A stretch of 64,000 nucleotides of DNA from an uncultured Verrucomicrobiae bacterium (GTDB lineage Bacteria > Verrucomicrobiota > Verrucomicrobiia > Limisphaerales > Palsa-1400). Below are positions 59,569-64,000 of this stretch, piece by piece (position 1 is the stretch's first letter; each line of letters begins with the position of its first letter). The notes under the pieces are model-generated. The model was not told the DNA's origin and ran no database searches. It worked only from the letters and a program-made list of their open reading frames with translations. The position numbers were made by a program, and so were the translations under genes. The stretch spans positions 1-64,000 of the forward strand of contig CAVPOM010000013.1 of NCBI GenBank assembly GCA_963707025.1. The letters are read 5' to 3'.

Positions 59569-60441
59569 TCAGGCCGTTGCGCCGGAGGGCGCGGCCTCAG
59601 GCGCCAGGGTTTCACCGACTTGGAAGCGGGCGAAACGGCGAATGGCAATTTCATCGCCCAATTGCTTGGCAATGCCGCCAATGTGCTCTTTGATGGAAAT
59701 CTCCGAGTTGCGCTTGACGAATCCCTGGTCCACCAGGCAGCAGGTCTGAAAATACTTTTCCAATTTGCCTTCCACTATTTTCGCGATGGCCTGCGGCGGC
59801 TTGTTCTTGACCTGTTCGGCGGCGATTTCCCGCTCCTTGGCGACCAGGCCGGCCGGGAGCTGTTCGCGCGAAACCACCGACGGGCTGCCCGCGGCAATCT
59901 GCAAGGTGATGTCCCGCACCAATTGCTTGAAGTCTTCGTGGGCCACGGTGCTTTCCTTGCCCGCGCCCACTTCCACCAGCACGCCAACCTTGGCCCCGGT
60001 GTGGATGTAGGCGGCAATCATGCCGTTGCCGGATACCTCGTAACGAATGAAGCGGGGGACCTGGATGTTCTCCCCGATTTTGGCCACGGCGGCGACGCGA
60101 TCCGTTTCCAAGTCCGCCAGGCTGGCCCCGGCCGCCAGCTTGCGGCTGATCTCGTCGGCGAAAGCGCGGAAGGTCTCGTTGCGGGCCACGAAGTCGGTCT
60201 CGCAGTTGATCTCCACCAGGACGCCCGCCCCGGCCCCGGCCTGGATGTTCTGGGCAATGACCCCTTCCTTGGTGGCGCGGGTGGCTTTTCTGGCCGCGGA
60301 GGCCTGGCCTTTCTTGCGCAGCAGGTCCACTGCCGCCTCCATTTTCCCCTTGGCTTCGGTCAGCGCCTTTTTGCAATCCATCAAGCCCGCCCCGGTCATT
60401 TCCCGCAACTTGCCTACGTCTCCAGCAGTAAATTCAGCCAT
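59569..60441 (-). CDS. tsf: Elongation factor Ts
   Basis: LREMTGAGLMDCKKAL; NCETDFVA. Confidence 0.97.
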   Translation of the reverse strand: MAEFTAGDVGKLREMTGAGLMDCKKALTEAKGKMEAAVDLLRKKGQASAARKATRATKEGVIAQNIQAGAGAGVLVEINCETDFVARNETFRAFADEISRKLAAGASLADLETDRVAAVAKIGENIQVPRFIRYEVSGNGMIAAYIHTGAKVGVLVEVGAGKESTVAHEDFKQLVRDITLQIAAGSPSVVSREQLPAGLVAKEREIAAEQVKNKPPQAIAKIVEGKLEKYFQTCCLVDQGFVKRNSEISIKEHIGGIAKQLGDEIAIRRFARFQVGETLAPEAAPSGATA

Positions 60442-60492
60442 GATCTCAGATAGTTGGTGGTTAATTAAAATTGCCGACGGCCCCCTGCCCGA

Positions 60493-61314
60493 TCAGGGAG
60501 CGGCCATGACGGGGACTTCCACCGCCGCCAGGGCCGCCGGCGTCGGGGCGGTGGCGGGCGCGGCGGGCGCGCCGGGCGCGGCAGGCGCGGCTTCGGTTTG
60601 TTCGGCTTTTTTGCGGCCGTATTTGGCTTCGTATTCGCCGCGGGCCTGCAGGACGACTTGAACGACCGTCTGCAAAATCAGGCGGACGGAGCGGATGGCG
60701 TCATCATTGCCGGCGATGGGGTAAGTGACCAGTTCCGGATCGCAATTGGTGTCCACCAGGGCGACAATCGGGATTTTCAGGCGGCGGCCTTCGGCCACGG
60801 CGTTGTGCTCGCGTTTGATGTCCACCACAAACATGGCGGCGGGGTATTTGTCCATGGAGCGGATGCCGTCCAGGTTCTTGAACAGGCGGGCCGCTTCGCG
60901 GCGGTACATGGATTGCTCCTGTTTGCCGTAATTGTTGATCGTGCCGTCGGTTTCCCATTTCTCAATGGTTTTCAGGCGCGCGATGGAGCGTTTGATGGTG
61001 TTGAAATTGGTCAGCGTGCCGCCCAGCCAGCGCTCGGTGACGTAGAGCTGGCCGCAGGACTTGGCCGACTCTTTGACCGCTTCCTGGGCCTGCTTCTTGG
61101 TGCCGACGAACAGCACGCTGCCGCCTTTGGCCACGATCGAGTGCAGGTAATCGCAGGCCGCTTCCAGTTGGGCCAGCGATTTGCTCAGGTCAATGATGTG
61201 GATGCCGTTGCGGGCGTCGAAGATGAACGGCTTCATCTTGGGGTTCCAACGCCGCGTCTGATGCCCGAAATGGACGCCCGCGTCCAATAATTCCTTAATG
61301 CCTATACTGATCAC
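60493..61314 (-). CDS. rpsB: 30S ribosomal protein S2
   Basis: AGVHFGHQTRRWNPKM; RWLGGTLTN; GNDD. Confidence 0.98.
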   Translation of the reverse strand: MISIGIKELLDAGVHFGHQTRRWNPKMKPFIFDARNGIHIIDLSKSLAQLEAACDYLHSIVAKGGSVLFVGTKKQAQEAVKESAKSCGQLYVTERWLGGTLTNFNTIKRSIARLKTIEKWETDGTINNYGKQEQSMYRREAARLFKNLDGIRSMDKYPAAMFVVDIKREHNAVAEGRRLKIPIVALVDTNCDPELVTYPIAGNDDAIRSVRLILQTVVQVVLQARGEYEAKYGRKKAEQTEAAPAAPGAPAAPATAPTPAALAAVEVPVMAAP

Positions 61315-61470
61315 AGTTTTCCTTTGGTTGAAAGTTCGCGGCGCCCGGAGGCGGCGAACCATCCCGCGGAACACGGGATTAATTTAAGTGTTATTGTGGC
61401 CGCCCGCCTTCACACGAAGACGGATTACAAGGCCGTTCCCCCTTTGCCAACTTTGGCAAAGGGATTGGGA
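61315..61470 (-). promoter_or_regulatory. Structured rpsB leader (putative)
   Basis: Hairpins ccctttgccaa..ttggcaaaggg and gttccgcgg..ccgcgaac before the SD AAGGA. Confidence 0.4.
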
Positions 61471-61627
61471 AGGTAGCAGAATCCAAGCCCAACGCCAACT
61501 TTTTTTTCAGCTAAATCTCACGTCTCCAAAAAAGGCCGCATGACAAAGCTCTTCACCTCATTTGTCCCATCCTTCCCATCCGTCCTATTCTTTGCAAATC
61601 CAACCCAGTACAGGTAAATAGTGGCTT

Positions 61628-63214
61628 ATGAAACTTGAAGGCCTTTCCATTCTGGGACGCAAACGGGTCAAGCCGTCCGGCGAGTCGGTCTCATACGCCA
61701 ATCCAGCCACCGGCGCGGCGCTGGAGCCGGCTTATTACCACGCCACCACGCGCGACGCGCGGCGGGCCGTGCAACTGGCGGCCAGGGCCTTCGCCCAATA
61801 CGGCCGCTGGCCCGGCTCGCGCAAAGCCGCCCTCCTCCGCCGCATCGCCGAATTGATCGAAGCCAACGCCGCCGCCATCCAGGAACGCGCCCGCCAGGAA
61901 ACCGCCCTCGCGCCGGGGCGCTTGCAAGCCGAGACTGGGCGGACCTGCGCCCAATTGCGGCTGTTCGCGGCGCTGGTGGAAGAAGGTTCATGGGTGGGCG
62001 CGCGCATTGATCACGCGGACCCGAACCGCCAACCGGCGGCCAAGCCGGACGTGCGCATGATGTCGGCGCCGTTGGGTCCGGTCGTGGTTTTCAGCTCGAG
62101 CAATTTTCCCCTCGCCTTTTCCGTTGCGGGAGGTGACACCGCCTCCGCGCTGGCGGCGGGCTGTCCGGTCATCGTCAAAGCGCACCAGGGCCATCCGGGG
62201 ACATCCGAGATGGTCGCGCAACTGGTCCAGCAGGCCGCCGCCGAATGTGGCGCGCCGGAGGGCGTGTTCTCCATGCTCTATGGGGCGGGCTCCAAAGTGG
62301 GCCTGGCGCTGGTCAGGAATCCGGCGGTCAAGGCCGTCGGCTTCACTGGGTCCCGCACGGCAGGACGCGCCCTGATGGACGCGGCGGCGCGGCGCCATGA
62401 ACCGATCCCGGTCTATGCCGAAATGGGCAGCGTTAATCCGGTGTTCTTGCTGCCGGAAGCTTTGCAACAGAAGCCCGAAGAACTGGCCGCGGGCCTGCAT
62501 GGGTCTTTCACTCTGGGCACCGGACAATTCTGCACCAAGCCGGGATTGGTTTTTGTGGAAGACGGGCCGGCGGCCCAAACGTTTTTGCGGAAGCTGGAAA
62601 ACCTGGCGGCGGCCACGCCACCCGGCGCCATGCTGACCCCGGGCCTGTGCGCCGCTTTCCGGGAAGGGGTGGAGGCGTTCGCAAAAATCGCCGGCGTGCG
62701 GCGCGCGGGGGCGGTCAACGCCGGCCCCGGGCCGGGCCAGGCCCAGGCGGGCGCCTCGGTCTTTGTCACCGACGCCGCCATTTTTTTGGGCCAGCCGGGT
62801 TTGATGGAGGAAGTCTTCGGGCCGTCCACGCTGGTGGTCACGTGCGCCTCGCGCGACCAGATGCTCGCCGCGGCGCAGCAATTGGAAGGACAACTGACCG
62901 CGACCGTCCACGGCACGGCCGGGGAGGTGGGCGCCTGGCGCGATTTGTTGACCGTGCTGGAAAGCAGGGCCTGGCTGGTCTGCAATGCCTTTCCCACCGG
63001 AGTGGAAGTTTGCCCCGCCATGGTCCACGGCGGGCCTTACCCGGCGACCGCGGACGGCCGTTCCACCTCGGTTGGGACGCTGGCCATCCAACGTTTTGTG
63101 CGTCCAGTGTGTTACCAGGGCTTTCCAGACGCCGCGCTGCCGGCGGAGCTGCAGGAGGCTAACCCGCTGGGCATCCACCGCCTGGTGGATGGGAAGATGG
63201 AAAAATTGCTGTAG
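61628..63214 (+). CDS. NADP-dependent aldehyde dehydrogenase (ketoglutarate-semialdehyde dehydrogenase type)
   Basis: SNFPLAFSVAGGD, GFTGS, EMGSVNP, GQFCTKPG, EEVFGP. Confidence 0.93.
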   Translation: MKLEGLSILGRKRVKPSGESVSYANPATGAALEPAYYHATTRDARRAVQLAARAFAQYGRWPGSRKAALLRRIAELIEANAAAIQERARQETALAPGRLQAETGRTCAQLRLFAALVEEGSWVGARIDHADPNRQPAAKPDVRMMSAPLGPVVVFSSSNFPLAFSVAGGDTASALAAGCPVIVKAHQGHPGTSEMVAQLVQQAAAECGAPEGVFSMLYGAGSKVGLALVRNPAVKAVGFTGSRTAGRALMDAAARRHEPIPVYAEMGSVNPVFLLPEALQQKPEELAAGLHGSFTLGTGQFCTKPGLVFVEDGPAAQTFLRKLENLAAATPPGAMLTPGLCAAFREGVEAFAKIAGVRRAGAVNAGPGPGQAQAGASVFVTDAAIFLGQPGLMEEVFGPSTLVVTCASRDQMLAAAQQLEGQLTATVHGTAGEVGAWRDLLTVLESRAWLVCNAFPTGVEVCPAMVHGGPYPATADGRSTSVGTLAIQRFVRPVCYQGFPDAALPAELQEANPLGIHRLVDGKMEKLL

Positions 63215-63278
63215 CGGCGGTCTATGACCGTCGCAAATCAAAAACCGCGAAAGATCGCCGGTCATGAACGCCGCTACA
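63210..63278. repeat. Inverted GTAG-type REP pair
   Basis: tgtagcggcggtctatgacc ... ggtcatgaacgccgctaca; a degenerate relative lies at ~52989-53057. Confidence 0.7.
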
Positions 63279-63321
63279 ATCGTGGACGCGCGTTTTGCAG
63301 AAGTCTCCATTTATCATTTTG

Positions 63322-64000
63322 CATCACAGCCATCCCACAGGAAATTGGAAAAAAGTGTTGGCTTGACCATTTGAACCTGCCACAAGGCAGGCATGAAAAA
63401 CAAAAAAATCAAACCAACACGGTCCCGGTTTAACGTTTTGCGCCAGATTTGCAATCTCATTCCTGCGCATGAAGTCTCCAAAATAGCGCGGGAGACCGGG
63501 GCTGTGGATAAGTCGCGCACCTTCAGTCCGTGGAGTCACACGGTCAGTTTGCTGGACGCGCAACTCACCCATTGCATCGGACTCAACGATCTGTGCGACT
63601 CGCTGCAATTGCATTCCGGGCCGCTGTCCACTTTGCGCGGCGCCAGCGCCCCCAGCCGCAACGGCCTCTCCCACGCCAACCGGGAGCGTCCGGCCCAGAT
63701 GGCCGAACAACTCTTCTGGCGGGTCCTGGAGCATTTGAAAGCACAGACGCCCGGCTTTGCCGCGGGCCAGCGCCGTGGCCCCGCCTTCCGTTTCAAGATG
63801 CCCATCCATGTGATTGATAGCACGACCATGGAACTGGTGGCCAACTGCCTGGACTGGGCCAAGCACCGCCGGCGCAAGGCCGCCGCCAAAACCCATATGC
63901 GGTTGAATCTGCAGAATCTTTTGCCCGGTTTTGTCATTGTGGACACTGCCGCCGAGCACGACAACCGACGGGCGCGGGAACTGTGCGCCGACTTGAAGAG
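63322..64000 (+). mobile_element. IS4 family insertion sequence (left end; transposase from 63393, cut by window)
   Basis: MKNKKIKPTRSRFNVLRQIC..RTFSPWSH..LSHANRER..IDSTT..WAKHRRRKAAAKTH; candidate left IR catcacagccatccca. Confidence 0.88.

Overview
GC-rich bacterial DNA whose gene content (Minf_1886-type protein, pilin-like H-X9-DG gene, S74-chaperone repeat proteins, heptamer and REP repeats) points to a Verrucomicrobia, probably Pedosphaera-like, genome; this is an inference. Bases 1-7587 are a ~7.57-kb element integrated at the 3' end of a tRNA-Gly gene and bounded by an exact 20-bp direct repeat. Its tyrosine integrase reads through the att site, so integration splits the gene and leaves the last 76 codons at the far end of the element. 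The element also carries an excisionase, an HTH regulator, an HUH rolling-circle Rep, a repeat-flanked RelE toxin-antitoxin (TA) cassette, a Sel1-repeat serine protease and a SeqA-C-like protein with a membrane-anchored partner. Next comes an operon under an NrtR box: ART-like protein, NrtR, SPFH, divergent NAD kinase, macrodomain, a truncated receiver domain and a Nudix hydrolase. The remainder is mostly chromosomal backbone (nrdR, exbBD-like, M16 peptidase, sucCD, gltA, mnmE, murQ fusion, frr-pyrH-tsf-rpsB). It is interspersed with TA modules, a tRNA-Gly(TCC)-like structured element, large secreted proteins, two tandem S74-chaperone repeat proteins and an IS4 element cut by the window end. 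Several frameshifts, including in sucC and sucD, suggest indel errors in the assembly. All family assignments come from motif recognition by eye; no database searches were run.
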